Assembly: GCA_963704215.1 (NCBI GenBank)
Contig: CAVPHK010000007.1
Coordinates: forward strand, 10,823-74,822
Length of the DNA: 64,000 bases
Origin: an uncultured Flavobacteriaceae bacterium
GTDB taxonomy: Bacteria > Bacteroidota > Bacteroidia > Flavobacteriales > Flavobacteriaceae
Direction of reading: 5' to 3'
Shown: in pieces, positions 9,887 to 20,341 of the stretch
How positions within the stretch are numbered: position 1 is the first letter of the stretch
How the letters are laid out: every line of letters begins with the position of its first letter
Made by a program: the position numbers and the translations under genes
The notes under the pieces: generated by a model
What the model saw: the letters and a program-made list of their open reading frames with translations, nothing else
Database searches by the model: none
What the model was told of the DNA's origin: nothing

Positions 9887-10543
9887 TTAAATAAGTTCAA
9901 ATTCCTTCGCCTTATTACTTAGTTCCAAAAGGTTTTTAACGTCTAATTTTTTCATTAAATTAAAACGATGCACCTCGGCGGTGCGTTTACTTATCTGAAG
10001 TTCTTCGGCAATGTCTTTATTATTTTTTAACTGAAGTACGAGATTCAATATCTGTTTTTCTCGTCTTGTAAGATTGAACGGATCTTCTATTTGCTTTTCT
10101 TCAGCAGATGTATGTGTGATATTTCCGTTTACAAAATTATTCATTATAATAGAAGAAATATCACCTGTAAAATACTTACCACCTGAAGCGACTTTTTGTA
10201 ATGCTTTTAAAAATTCTTCTTTACTAGCTCCTTTAAGCAAATAACCATCGGCACCAGCTTGAATCGCCTTTACTACGTATTCTTCAGAATCGTGCATAGA
10301 CAAAACAAGCGTTCTCACATCTTTGTATAATTTATTAATTTCTGCAACAACTTCAATACCATTCATTTCTGGCATTCTAATATCCACAATCAACAAATGC
10401 GGCTTGCTCTTTTTTATAACCTCAAGCGCTTCTACCCCATTAGAGGCTTCATCAACAACACGTATACCATCTTGATCTTCTAAAAGTGCTTTTATGCCAT
10501 CTCTTACTAAAACGTGGTCGTCTGCTAAAACTACATTTATCAT
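9887..10543 (-). CDS. NarL/LuxR-family response regulator
   Basis: REC domain (ADDH, DIRMP, GYLLK) plus LuxR HTH (LTRREKQIL...KDIAEELQISKRTAEVHR). Confidence 0.93.
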   Translation of the reverse strand: MINVVLADDHVLVRDGIKALLEDQDGIRVVDEASNGVEALEVIKKSKPHLLIVDIRMPEMNGIEVVAEINKLYKDVRTLVLSMHDSEEYVVKAIQAGADGYLLKGASKEEFLKALQKVASGGKYFTGDISSIIMNNFVNGNITHTSAEEKQIEDPFNLTRREKQILNLVLQLKNNKDIAEELQISKRTAEVHRFNLMKKLDVKNLLELSNKAKEFELI

Positions 10544-10568
10544 AATTTTATTCTAATTTTTATAAGTA

Positions 10569-10600
10569 CAAATTTACAAAAATTTACGTAAATATACTTA
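10569..10600 (-). promoter_or_regulatory. -7 element TAAATTTG plus palindrome TACGTA-N4-TACTTA
   Basis: CAAATTTA 10569-10576; TACGTAAATATACTTA 10585-10600. Confidence 0.55.
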
Positions 10601-12415
10601 ATTAACTATGGGTATATTTAAGGTTACACGGGTTCCTTTACCCATTTCAGAATTTAGAAACAAACGTCCATCTATATATTTAATACGCTCCTTCATAAAT
10701 GTCATACCCATTCCACCATCGCCATTTTTAACCCGCTTTACTTTTGATGGATCAAATCCTTTCCCGTTATCGTCTATCACAATACTAAGTATGTTTTCAC
10801 TATGTGATAAGGACACCAATATATGTGTGGACTCGGCATACTTAATAGCATTGTTTATGGCTTCCTGTACAATACGGTAAATATTTATTTCTACTAACGA
10901 ATCTAATCGTTGATTAAACTCTGTTTTATTAAACAGCACGATGTTTTTACCTGTTAGTTTACCCAATTCTGAAGTTAACTTGGTGATAGCTGGCACAATG
11001 CCATGATCTGATAATTCTGGCGGCGTTAAATTAAATGTCGCGGTTCTAACTCCTTTTATAATATTTGAAGTGAGTTCCTTTAAATGTTCAATTTTTGAAG
11101 CAGTTTTTTCAATATCGCTAATATCAATGCTTTCTAAATTGTATTTTAAACCGGTGAGCATTTGCCCGATACCATCGTGAACGTCTTTCGCAATGCGATT
11201 TTGCTCTTTTTCTTGGTTTTCAATTATCTGACTGGAAACAATTTTTTGCTGATTAATTTTCTCCTCAAAACTTTCCTTAGTTAAGCGTGCGATTTCGATC
11301 TGAGCTGCTTTACGCGCCGTAATTTCTGAAGCGATGATAAGAAGTTCCGATTTATCATCGGTTGGACTAAACGGAATAATGGCCATTTCTAACCAAACAT
11401 CTTGCTTGTCTTTTGTGGTTCCTTTTACTTCGCCTTGCCAACCCGTTTTCCTGTTTTTAGCGATTAAGTTTTCAATGGCCAATTGCTCGGTTTCATTAAT
11501 TGATAAAACTTCAGAAAAATTAGTGCTAATGTTAAACCTGGTGAATTTAAATAAGCGCGAAAACTTTTTTCCTATATGTACTAACATGCCATTTGGGGTA
11601 ATTCTGGCAAACAACAATGTTTCGTCCATGGCATGACTTAATGCCCGCAATTCTTTAATAGACTTTTCTTTAGATACACTTAACTCATCGGCATCAAAAG
11701 CCATTTTTTTAGCCTTCTTTTCAGCTTGTAACAATTCGGTGAGCGTTAATTTTACCGATTTTGCTGTTGGCCAGAAAATAAATAGAAATTCCCCTAACAA
11801 TATTAACAAGGTAAGTAGCATTAACAGCATTTCCAATTTGCGTAACCAACTCACTTTAGCATCGGCTTCCACATCATATTGGTTCACTATTTGATCCATT
11901 ACCTGAAGAAAATATCCTTCGTGCTTCTTAACCACCTCAACATTTTTAATAAAGGAAGAACTTGGTACAGTGGGACTGATTTCAATTGTTTCGATAATTG
12001 CTTTGGAAGCGGAACAAATACTATTGAACGTTGGGTTCAAAACTTCGAATTTCTCCTTAATTATAGCACTATTATTTCCCGGCAACCCTAAACTGTCATT
12101 CCCGTTTTGAAGTGCCTTGTGAGATAATCCCCAAAGTTTCAGGGTTTGCTTAACCTTTTCTATAAGAACTAAGCGTTCTTTAATGCTATCTTCTGTAGAA
12201 AGTAATACAATCTCTTTGGTTAATTTCTGGCTCAACATACGCTGCCTACCAGCCACATTAATAACCGAAGAATCACTTTGCTGGTCGTTTAAATGCTTGC
12301 GCACCAATATTTGACTCAGAATTACAGAAAGTGCAATAGCACTTAAAGCAATAACATACAAACGGCTTAATCTATCAAAAGTGCGTTGATCTAATGAATT
12401 ACCGTTTTTCGTCAT
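10598..12415 (-). CDS. NarX-like nitrate/nitrite-sensing histidine kinase (PilJ/NarX sensor, PAS-like, HisKA_3, HATPase)
   Basis: P-box-like INVAGRQRMLSQ, two TM helices, RIAKDVHDGIGQ, QEAINNAIKY, DNGKGF, GMG. Confidence 0.9.
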   Translation of the reverse strand: MTKNGNSLDQRTFDRLSRLYVIALSAIALSVILSQILVRKHLNDQQSDSSVINVAGRQRMLSQKLTKEIVLLSTEDSIKERLVLIEKVKQTLKLWGLSHKALQNGNDSLGLPGNNSAIIKEKFEVLNPTFNSICSASKAIIETIEISPTVPSSSFIKNVEVVKKHEGYFLQVMDQIVNQYDVEADAKVSWLRKLEMLLMLLTLLILLGEFLFIFWPTAKSVKLTLTELLQAEKKAKKMAFDADELSVSKEKSIKELRALSHAMDETLLFARITPNGMLVHIGKKFSRLFKFTRFNISTNFSEVLSINETEQLAIENLIAKNRKTGWQGEVKGTTKDKQDVWLEMAIIPFSPTDDKSELLIIASEITARKAAQIEIARLTKESFEEKINQQKIVSSQIIENQEKEQNRIAKDVHDGIGQMLTGLKYNLESIDISDIEKTASKIEHLKELTSNIIKGVRTATFNLTPPELSDHGIVPAITKLTSELGKLTGKNIVLFNKTEFNQRLDSLVEINIYRIVQEAINNAIKYAESTHILVSLSHSENILSIVIDDNGKGFDPSKVKRVKNGDGGMGMTFMKERIKYIDGRLFLNSEMGKGTRVTLNIPIVN

Positions 12416-12430
12416 TGTATGTTACCGTAT

Positions 12431-13015
12431 TTAAGAAATGGCCTGTTTTATAAGTGCCAAACTTTTATCTGAAAATTTAAGTTTTAGAGCTTCAGCATGT
12501 CCTGCTTCCGACATTTTAACCCAAGTTTTTTGAAGAATGTCAATCACCTTCTCATCGCTATGCTTTTCAGCAAACTCTTCAAAATAATAATCTAAAAACA
12601 CCAAACAAATCACATCCTCAATGGTTTGGCTTTCTTCATTCTTTTTTATAAGTTTTTTGTTGATTAAAAACGATACGCGCTCAATAAATTCAGCATCATA
12701 ACCCACTTCCTTTAAAATATCTGCAGTAATTTCAGCATGCATTTTTTTAAGTGTTTCACGCCATTTTAAATACCCTACTCTATCCATGGGGTATTCGTTT
12801 CTGGCAATTTTCCAACGGCAAACATGTTGTGCTCTGGCTGCAATTTGTAGTGCTCTAGAAGCATCGGGATTAAACTGTAACAACTTTTGAGACATCCGTT
12901 GCGAATACAATAATTCCTTAGGGAAATCCAAACCACAAGCGTGGTAAACATTAGGGTCTTCCGAGTTTTTTTTATCTATTAATGCTATGGCTGTTTCAAA
13001 ACGTGTTGGTTTCAT
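12431..13015 (-). CDS. DUF4202 domain protein
   Basis: IDKKNSEDP, ELLYSQRM, AARAQH..RW..R..YP, EDV.CLVFL and KTW.KMS motifs. Confidence 0.82.
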   Translation of the reverse strand: MKPTRFETAIALIDKKNSEDPNVYHACGLDFPKELLYSQRMSQKLLQFNPDASRALQIAARAQHVCRWKIARNEYPMDRVGYLKWRETLKKMHAEITADILKEVGYDAEFIERVSFLINKKLIKKNEESQTIEDVICLVFLDYYFEEFAEKHSDEKVIDILQKTWVKMSEAGHAEALKLKFSDKSLALIKQAIS

Positions 13016-13034
13016 GATGTCTACGTATTATTGG

Positions 13035-13412
13035 TTAATCTGAAAAGCCAATATACACATTTCCGCTTTCAATTTTAACAGGATATACCGCAATTTTTAA
13101 ATCATCACCCGCCAAATTGCTGCCATCCTCCAACGAAAAATTCTTTTTATGCATCGGGCAAGCCACTTTAGCAATGCCTTCTTTGTCGCCAATCATCCCC
13201 AACGATAAAACCATTTCCATTTTATGCGGACACAAATTCTGGCATGCATACCATTTATCTTTTCTCGCGAAATTATACACCGCGATTTGCTTCGTTTTGT
13301 ACTTTATACACGCACCACTATTTTCGGGAAAATCCGATACAGCACCTACTTCAAACCAGGTTTTAACCTCTGCTTCTGTTACCGATTTATATTGTTCAAG
13401 TATATTTTGCAT
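13035..13412 (-). CDS. nirD: Nitrite reductase (NADH) small subunit, Rieske-type
   Basis: NLCPH and VACPMHK; lies downstream of nirB. Confidence 0.93.
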   Translation of the reverse strand: MQNILEQYKSVTEAEVKTWFEVGAVSDFPENSGACIKYKTKQIAVYNFARKDKWYACQNLCPHKMEMVLSLGMIGDKEGIAKVACPMHKKNFSLEDGSNLAGDDLKIAVYPVKIESGNVYIGFSD

Positions 13413-13419
13413 AACTATT

Positions 13420-13459
13420 AGTTTATTCGTTTATCTGTTTATTTGTTTATGCGTTTGAA
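13420..13459. repeat. Solo octamer array (YGTTTATT x5)
   Basis: agtttatt cgtttatc tgtttatt tgtttatg cgtttgaa directly upstream of nirD. Confidence 0.65.
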
Positions 13460-13498
13460 ACACTTTCACAAATCCACTTTATTTAATTCATTTTTTTA

Positions 13499-13657
13499 TT
13501 TGGGCGTTTCTTTTTGCTCATACCTACAAGGTTTAAAAAAGCGTTCAGGATCACAAAAAGTCGGGCTTTACACTATATCTTTTGGTTTAACCCTTCGACT
13601 CCACTCAGGGTGACCAAAAAAGGATTTCTCCCGACGCTTCGGGACAATCCCTAACGC
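13499..13657 (+). repeat. Structured intergenic repeat, copy A (TTTGGGCGTT...GTCGGGCTTT...CAATCCCTAACGC); possible Flavo-1-like RNA or MITE
   Basis: Conserved blocks shared with 45587-45664 and 59262-59423. Confidence 0.7.
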
Positions 13658-13690
13658 AGAACAATTGATAATTGATAATTGTCAATTGAT

Positions 13691-16210
13691 TTACCACGCC
13701 TTAGGCATCTTCTGGTCGCGCATAGGCACAAACACCAAGTTATCATCCGTATCATCCGAATTCACAAAATGCTTAAAACGTTTCGCCATATTCGGGTCTT
13801 CAATAGCCTGTTTCCATTCACATTCGTACTTATTAACAAGTCCTTGCATTTCCAATTCCAATTCTTCAGCAATACCTAATGAGTCTTCAATTACAACTTT
13901 CTTTAAATATTCAATACCACCATCTAGTTTTTCTAACCAAGGTGCAGTACGTACTAAAGGTCCTGCAGTGCGTATATAAAACATTAAAAATCTATCTAAA
14001 TATTTTATGGCTGTGGCATCGTCTAATTGTTCAGCAAACAGAATAGCGTGTTTAGGTGTAGCGCCACCGTTTCCGCACACATATAAATTCCAACCGCCAT
14101 CAACAGCAATCAATCCAAAATCTTTTCCTCTGGCTTCGGCACATTCTCGAATACAACCCGAAACACCACCTTTTAATTTGTGTGGCGAACGCAAACCTTT
14201 GTAACGGTCTTCAATTTCTATGGCGAACGTTACACTTTCGTGCATACCGTAGCGACACCACGTAGAACCTACACAACTTTTCACCGTTCTTAACGATTTT
14301 CCGTAAGCGTGTCCGCTTTCAAAACCAGCATCAATTAATTCTTTCCAAATAAGTGGTAACTCGTGTAGTTGGGCACCGAATAAATCGATACGTTGTCCAC
14401 CCGTAATCTTCGTATATAAATCGTATTTTTTAGCAACTTCACCAATAACAATCAGCTTATCTGGTGTAATTTCACCACCCGCAATTCTTGGTACTACCGA
14501 ATACGTTCCATTACGTTGAATATTAGCTAAAAACCTATCATTAGTATCTTGTATAGCGACTTGTTTGTTTGGCGTTTCCATAGTAATAGTTGCGAAAATA
14601 GAGGCCAAAGCCGGTTTGCAAACTTCACAACCATCGCCTTCTCCAAATAAATTTAACGCTTCGTCGTAATCTTTAACTTTATTTACTTTTACTAAATCGT
14701 ATAATTCTTGTCGGTTAAAACTAAAGTGCTCGCAGAGTGTTTCTTTAACTTCTTTTCCTAACGATTTAAGGGTTTCATTTACCAAATCGACCACCATAGG
14801 TTTACAACCACCACAACCTGAAGTTGCTTTGGTTTTTGCAATAACATCGCCTAAATTTTGGCAATCGCCAATGGTAATCGAAGAACATATCATCCCTTTA
14901 GTAACACTCTCGCACGAACAAACTTGCGCTGCATCAGGAATATCCATTACGCTTCCAAACGATGAGCCGCCTTCTCCTCTACTTCCTAAAATGAGCTCTT
15001 CAGCATCTTCTGGAATTGGCAATCCGTTTAAATATATTTGGTGAAACATGTTATAATCTGACGCATCACCAACTAAAATTCCACCTAAAAGACTTTTTCC
15101 ATCATGACTGATATTTATACGCTTATATAAATTCTTCGTTTTGTTTTCGTATATAATAGAATAACCTTTTTCAACTGGCATAAAAGGTTCGCCATAACTC
15201 GCTACATCTACACCTATTAATTTTAATTTGGTAGACATATCAATATCTTTCGCCATTACAACCTCAGCATCTCCCAAAATTTGATTAACTGCAACACCTG
15301 CCATATCGTAACCTGGAGCCACCAAACCATAAATCATTTGATTATATAAAGCTACTTCTCCAATAGCATAAATCTCAGGATCGGAAGTTTGCATTCTGTC
15401 ATTTACTACAATTCCACCGCGTGTACCCATTTCTAAATAGCACGTTTTCCCTAATTCGTCCCGCGGTCTAATTCCTGCTGAAATAACCAACATTTCAACA
15501 TCAATTTTATCATATTCACCAAACTCCATTCCTGTGATACTCTTCTCTCCAAGAATTTTATTTGTGGCTTTAGAAAGGTGTATGTTAATCCCTAAAGATT
15601 CTAATTTTTCTTGTAATACTTTACTAGCTCTGGTATCTAACTGTCGCGGCATTAACTTATTTGCGAACTCCACCACATGCGGCTCAAAGCCCATATCCAT
15701 AACTGCTTTTGCTGCTTCCAATCCCAATAATCCTCCACCAAACACTGCTGCTTTTATAGTTTCATTTTTTCTACCTTTTTTCAATTTAGCTGCATAAGAA
15801 AGCATACCTTCTAAATCCTCAATGGTTCTGTAAACAAAAACACCTTGCTTTTCAACACCAGGAATATTAGGTACAAAAGCAGCAGAACCTGTTGCCAACA
15901 CTAAGTAATCGTACTTATAATTAAGGTCTTTAGACGTTGTAACTTTTTTAGAAACACGATGAATAGCTGTAATACGTTCTTCAGTAATTAATTCAATACC
16001 ATGTTCTTCATACCATTCCCTAGGCGCCATTTCTAGAGCCTTCGCATCTTTATTTTGAAAAAACTCACTTAAATGAACACGGTCGTATGCTGGTCTAGGT
16101 TCTTCACCAAAAACAGTTAACTGAAATTTTTTGTCTTTTGCGAACGTTACAAATTTTTCACAAAACTTGTACCCTACCATTCCGTTACCAACAACAATAA
16201 TTTTTTTCAT
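13691..16210 (-). CDS. nirB: Nitrite reductase (NADH) large subunit
   Basis: GNGMVG FAD motif, two BFD clusters, KSCVGSTWC and GCIREC siroheme/4Fe-4S ligands. Confidence 0.96.
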   Translation of the reverse strand: MKKIIVVGNGMVGYKFCEKFVTFAKDKKFQLTVFGEEPRPAYDRVHLSEFFQNKDAKALEMAPREWYEEHGIELITEERITAIHRVSKKVTTSKDLNYKYDYLVLATGSAAFVPNIPGVEKQGVFVYRTIEDLEGMLSYAAKLKKGRKNETIKAAVFGGGLLGLEAAKAVMDMGFEPHVVEFANKLMPRQLDTRASKVLQEKLESLGINIHLSKATNKILGEKSITGMEFGEYDKIDVEMLVISAGIRPRDELGKTCYLEMGTRGGIVVNDRMQTSDPEIYAIGEVALYNQMIYGLVAPGYDMAGVAVNQILGDAEVVMAKDIDMSTKLKLIGVDVASYGEPFMPVEKGYSIIYENKTKNLYKRINISHDGKSLLGGILVGDASDYNMFHQIYLNGLPIPEDAEELILGSRGEGGSSFGSVMDIPDAAQVCSCESVTKGMICSSITIGDCQNLGDVIAKTKATSGCGGCKPMVVDLVNETLKSLGKEVKETLCEHFSFNRQELYDLVKVNKVKDYDEALNLFGEGDGCEVCKPALASIFATITMETPNKQVAIQDTNDRFLANIQRNGTYSVVPRIAGGEITPDKLIVIGEVAKKYDLYTKITGGQRIDLFGAQLHELPLIWKELIDAGFESGHAYGKSLRTVKSCVGSTWCRYGMHESVTFAIEIEDRYKGLRSPHKLKGGVSGCIRECAEARGKDFGLIAVDGGWNLYVCGNGGATPKHAILFAEQLDDATAIKYLDRFLMFYIRTAGPLVRTAPWLEKLDGGIEYLKKVVIEDSLGIAEELELEMQGLVNKYECEWKQAIEDPNMAKRFKHFVNSDDTDDNLVFVPMRDQKMPKAW

Positions 16211-16229
16211 AACTACGTATTTTACGATA

Positions 16230-16262
16230 CAAACATAATTAAAAACTACGTAATTATACTTA
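16230..16262 (-). promoter_or_regulatory. nirB promoter: -7 element TATGTTTG plus palindrome TACGTA-N4-TACTTA
   Basis: CAAACATA 16230-16237; TACGTAATTATACTTA 16247-16262. Confidence 0.6.
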
Positions 16263-16378
16263 TTTTAATTTTAAAAAATGATATAAAATATGGACAATTA
16301 GCAATTTCTCAAATTGAACATTATTTTTCTAAGTATTAATCAAAATATTAATACTAGAAATACGAAAGAATAAGAAAA

Positions 16379-18674
16379 CTATATAATGTCGATTGTAATA
16401 ACGACACTTTTTGAGGCTGGTGTTTTAGCTGTGTGGGCAAAACTATCTAAAGGTACTAACACATTTGTTTCAGGAAAATAGGTAGCGCAGCAATTTTTAG
16501 GAATATCATAACCAATTACTTTAAAATTATGAGCTTCTCTAACTATCCCATTAAACTCAGATTTTAAATTAACAACTTGATGCTCTTGTAATCCTCTAAT
16601 TCTCATGTCTTCACGATTCATAAATATAACCCTTCGTTCATTATAAACACCTCTATATCTATCATCTAAACCATAAATCGTGGTGTTAAATTGATCGTGA
16701 CTACGTATAGTCATCATTATTAATTCATCCCCTTTAAGTTTCCAATCTGGCAATCTATTAATAGAAAAATTCGCTTTTCCCGTTATTGGTATTGAATTTT
16801 CTAACACGCGCTCCGTTTGGTAAGTAAAACCCTGACGGGTTTTTTAATTTCGCATTATAATTTTCAAAACCTGACACAACTTCCTGAATATCATCTCTTA
16901 CCAAATTATAATCATCTTTATATTGAAGCCATTTTATTTTAGATTTATCCTTTAAAGTTGCATTAGCTACACCACAAACCACGGCTACTTCACTAATCAG
17001 TTTATCAGAACAAGGCTCTAAAACGCCTTTTGTTGAAGATACAATCCCCATAGAATTTTCTACACTTTGTATTTGAAATCCTGTTTTTTGATAATCTTTT
17101 TCCGATCGACCCAAACAAGGTAAAATCAGCGCTTCTTTACCCGTTACTAAATGCGAACGATTTAATTTCGTACTCACATGAACCGTTAAATTACAATTTG
17201 CCAATGCCCGGGCAGCATATTGCGTATCTGGAACTGCCGATATAAAATTACCGCCCATTCCAAAAAAAACGTTTGCTTTTTTCTCATACATAGCTTTTAT
17301 GGCATCAATTACAGAATAACCATGTTTTGTTCTTGGTTTAAAGCCATATTTTACTTCAATTTTATCTAAAAATGCTTGTGGTGCCGATTCCCAAATACCA
17401 ACCGTTCTATCACCTTGCACGTTGGAATGCCCTCGCACGGGACACGTGCCTGCACCTTCTTTACCAATACTACCTTTTAAAAGTAACAGATTTACTAATT
17501 CACGAATATTATCAATGGCATTTTGGTGTTGGGTTAAACCCATTGCCCAACAAATAATAATTTTATTGTTGTTCAATATAAGATTGAAAACATCATCAAA
17601 AATAGCTTTTGAAACACCTGATGCTTTTAAGCAATCTTCAAAATTATAGGTTTTTAAATCCGCTATAAAACTATCATATCCATGAGTAAATTCATTAATA
17701 AATACTTTGTCAGAAACATCGCCATCAAGTTCCTCTTTTTCAAGTAATTTGATAAGCAACGCTTTTATAAAGGCTACATCACCATTTATGGTAATTGGCA
17801 CAAACACATCTGCGATTTTTGTTCCACCTGTAAGCAGTTTTAAAGGGTTTTGAGGATTGGTGAATTTTATCAAACCAGCTTCTGGCAGCGGATTTATGGC
17901 AATAATTTTACCGCCATTGTTTTTACATTTTTCTAAAGCAGTTAACATTCTTGGGTGATTGGTTGCTGGATTTTGTCCAATCACCATAACCACTTCGGCT
18001 TTATAGATATCGTCTAAAGTTACAGAACCTTTTCCAATCCCTAATGTTTCAGACAGCGCACTACCACTAGCTTCATGGCACATATTGGAGCAATCTGACA
18101 AATTTGATGTTCCAAACTCACGCACAAATAATTGATATAAAAATGCCGCTTCGTTGGATGTTCTCCCCGATGTATAAAAAACTGCTTCGTCGGGGTTATT
18201 TAATGCATTTAAATGCGCAGCCACTTTATTAAAAGCTTCATCCCAAGAAATGGGTTTGTAATGAGATTCACCTTCCGATAAAAACATAGGTTCTGATAAA
18301 CGACCTGATTTTCCTATTTCAAAATCGGACCAACTAGCAAGTACATTAACAGAATGTTTTGCAAAAAAATCGCCCCCAATAGTTTTATTTTGCGCCTCTT
18401 CTGCCATGGCTTTTATACCATTTTCGCAAAATTCACCTAAAGAAGAACGTTCGTCGTCTGGATCTGGCCATGCGCAACCCGGGCAATCGAAACCTCCTTT
18501 TTGATTCAGTTTTCTGGAAATCTTTAATGCATCAGATACATCCATGTATTTAACCACTTGCTTTAAAGCGGCCTTAATAGAGGTGAAACCTACACTGTTT
18601 TTTGGTGTTGGCTTAACTTTTAATTTTGAAAAATTTTCAGGTGTTTTGGCTTTATCTTCAGGGGTTAAACTCAT
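16379..18674 (-). CDS. FdhF/YdeP-family molybdopterin oxidoreductase (one frameshift near 16785)
   Basis: GFDCPGCAWPDP, FCENG, YTSGR, CSNMCHE and RGHSNVQG in the upstream ORF; MTIRSHDQFNTTIYG and TPASKSV in the downstream ORF. Confidence 0.88.
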
Positions 18675-18675
18675 A

Positions 18676-19290
18676 TTATTTTTTAAACATGTTAAAATAG
18701 GCTTTTTTATATTCAACCTTTGAATCTATATCAATATTGTTAAATGAAGCTTCTAAAACATTAACACTGCTTTTATTATTCTGTAAAATATGATTTGCTC
18801 CAATATCTCCATTTAAACTTATTAATTGGTCAAAATAAAACTTATCAAAAAGAACTGGTATTCCTAGCTTTCTATCTTGATACTGCGTTGCTATTATCTG
18901 GTTTTTATTCGGGGTGAAATTACTTAACATCCTATTCAAATAATCATCGGTAACAAAAGGTTGGTCTGCCAAAATAAAAATTAAAGCATCTATGTTTGTT
19001 TCAAAAATATATTGAGTTATAGCTTTAGAAATAGAATTGCCTAGACCTTCCTTCCAGTCAATATTATTAATAATGTTTACAGGATATTTTTTTATCTGAT
19101 TATTTATCAAATCATAATTAGCGCCTAAAATCACGGATACCTCTTTTACCTTAACTTTAAGTGCTTTTTTAATAATATGTTCAATTAAAGTTGAATTACC
19201 CCAAGAAAGTAGCTGTTTAGGTTCTCCCATTCGTTTAGAAGCCCCAGCGGCTAAAATAACAATAGCCGCACTAAATGATTCTATTGCCAT
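18676..19290 (-). CDS. mocA: Molybdenum cofactor cytidylyltransferase-like nucleotidyltransferase
   Basis: ILAAGASKRMGEPKQLL, W.EG, LADQP, GDIGA, DID; adjacent to xdhC. Confidence 0.82.
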   Translation of the reverse strand: MAIESFSAAIVILAAGASKRMGEPKQLLSWGNSTLIEHIIKKALKVKVKEVSVILGANYDLINNQIKKYPVNIINNIDWKEGLGNSISKAITQYIFETNIDALIFILADQPFVTDDYLNRMLSNFTPNKNQIIATQYQDRKLGIPVLFDKFYFDQLISLNGDIGANHILQNNKSSVNVLEASFNNIDIDSKVEYKKAYFNMFKK

Positions 19291-20323
19291 TTTTCAATTT
19301 ATGCCTTTCATGTATCTTTCCAGATTTCTTAGATAAAGAAACAGCATCCCGTTGCCTAGTAACTGCCAATATCTCTGACACTATTGATATCGCTATTTCT
19401 TGCGGTGTTTCTGATCCTATATCTATTCCGGCAGGTCCATGGATTACATCTAAAAAGCCATCACTAATTTCTGGGCAATATTCTATTAATTGAGATAATA
19501 ATTCTTCCCTCCTTTTTGTCGGACCAAGAATGCCAATATAATTTGGCTTAGCATTTTCTAAAGCCACCAAATAACGTAAATCTTTGGCAAAACTATGAGT
19601 CATTAAAACAATTGACGTTTGAGCATCTATAGCCAACAAATTGATTTCTTCGGGTGTCATAGCATAAAATTCGTTGGCACCAGGGAAATTATCAATAGAT
19701 TTAGCTTCGTTGTTTCCAGAAACTACTGCAATTTCCCAACCTGTTAATTTCGCATATTTACAAAGCTCTACGGCATCATGCTCTGCGCCGATAATAATTA
19801 GTTTAAAACATGCCGGTAGTGACTGTTTATGAACAGAAAGATGTTTCGTATTTGTTTTTTCATATTTACCACCTTGTATAGAAAAAAATTCATTTTTAAT
19901 TTTCACATACGACCCAATTCCAGACACAAAGCCTGCATGTTTATTAAAAAAAGAGTGAATTTGGAAAGTATCCCTCAGCTTTAGTCCATTTAAAAAAGCG
20001 TTTTCAAAAGCTGGTTCAGGCTGAAATATTTCCAGCAAAATATAAAGTACGCCTTCACAACCTAATCTATACTTTCCATCATAAGTCATTATCTTTGGTA
20101 CTTCTGTTTTAAAAACAGATTCCGATTGCAATAAAATTTCTTTTTCGACACAACCGCCACTCACGGCCCCTATCATTTGTCCATTTTCAAGAATCAGCAT
20201 TCTTACACCTGGTTGTCTATAAGATGACCCATCTAAATCGACTACAGAAGCAAGAACAGACTTCGAATTATTTTTTATCGATTTTAATCCTTGTAGAACA
20301 ATGTCTTTAAATTCATGAGTCAT
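19271..20323 (-). CDS. xdhC: XdhC/CoxI-family Moco insertion chaperone
   Basis: GSSYRQPG, GAVSGGCVE, YIGILG, PAGIDIGSETPQEIAISI. Confidence 0.9.
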   Translation of the reverse strand: MTHEFKDIVLQGLKSIKNNSKSVLASVVDLDGSSYRQPGVRMLILENGQMIGAVSGGCVEKEILLQSESVFKTEVPKIMTYDGKYRLGCEGVLYILLEIFQPEPAFENAFLNGLKLRDTFQIHSFFNKHAGFVSGIGSYVKIKNEFFSIQGGKYEKTNTKHLSVHKQSLPACFKLIIIGAEHDAVELCKYAKLTGWEIAVVSGNNEAKSIDNFPGANEFYAMTPEEINLLAIDAQTSIVLMTHSFAKDLRYLVALENAKPNYIGILGPTKRREELLSQLIEYCPEISDGFLDVIHGPAGIDIGSETPQEIAISIVSEILAVTRQRDAVSLSKKSGKIHERHKLKNGNRII

Positions 20324-20341
20324 TTTTATATACTATAATTT

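Noticed and set aside
16379-18716. Selenocysteine-containing formate dehydrogenase explaining the split
   Set aside because: The active-site region has Cys (CSNMCHE), the break is a frame change rather than an in-frame TGA, and the motifs are YdeP-type.
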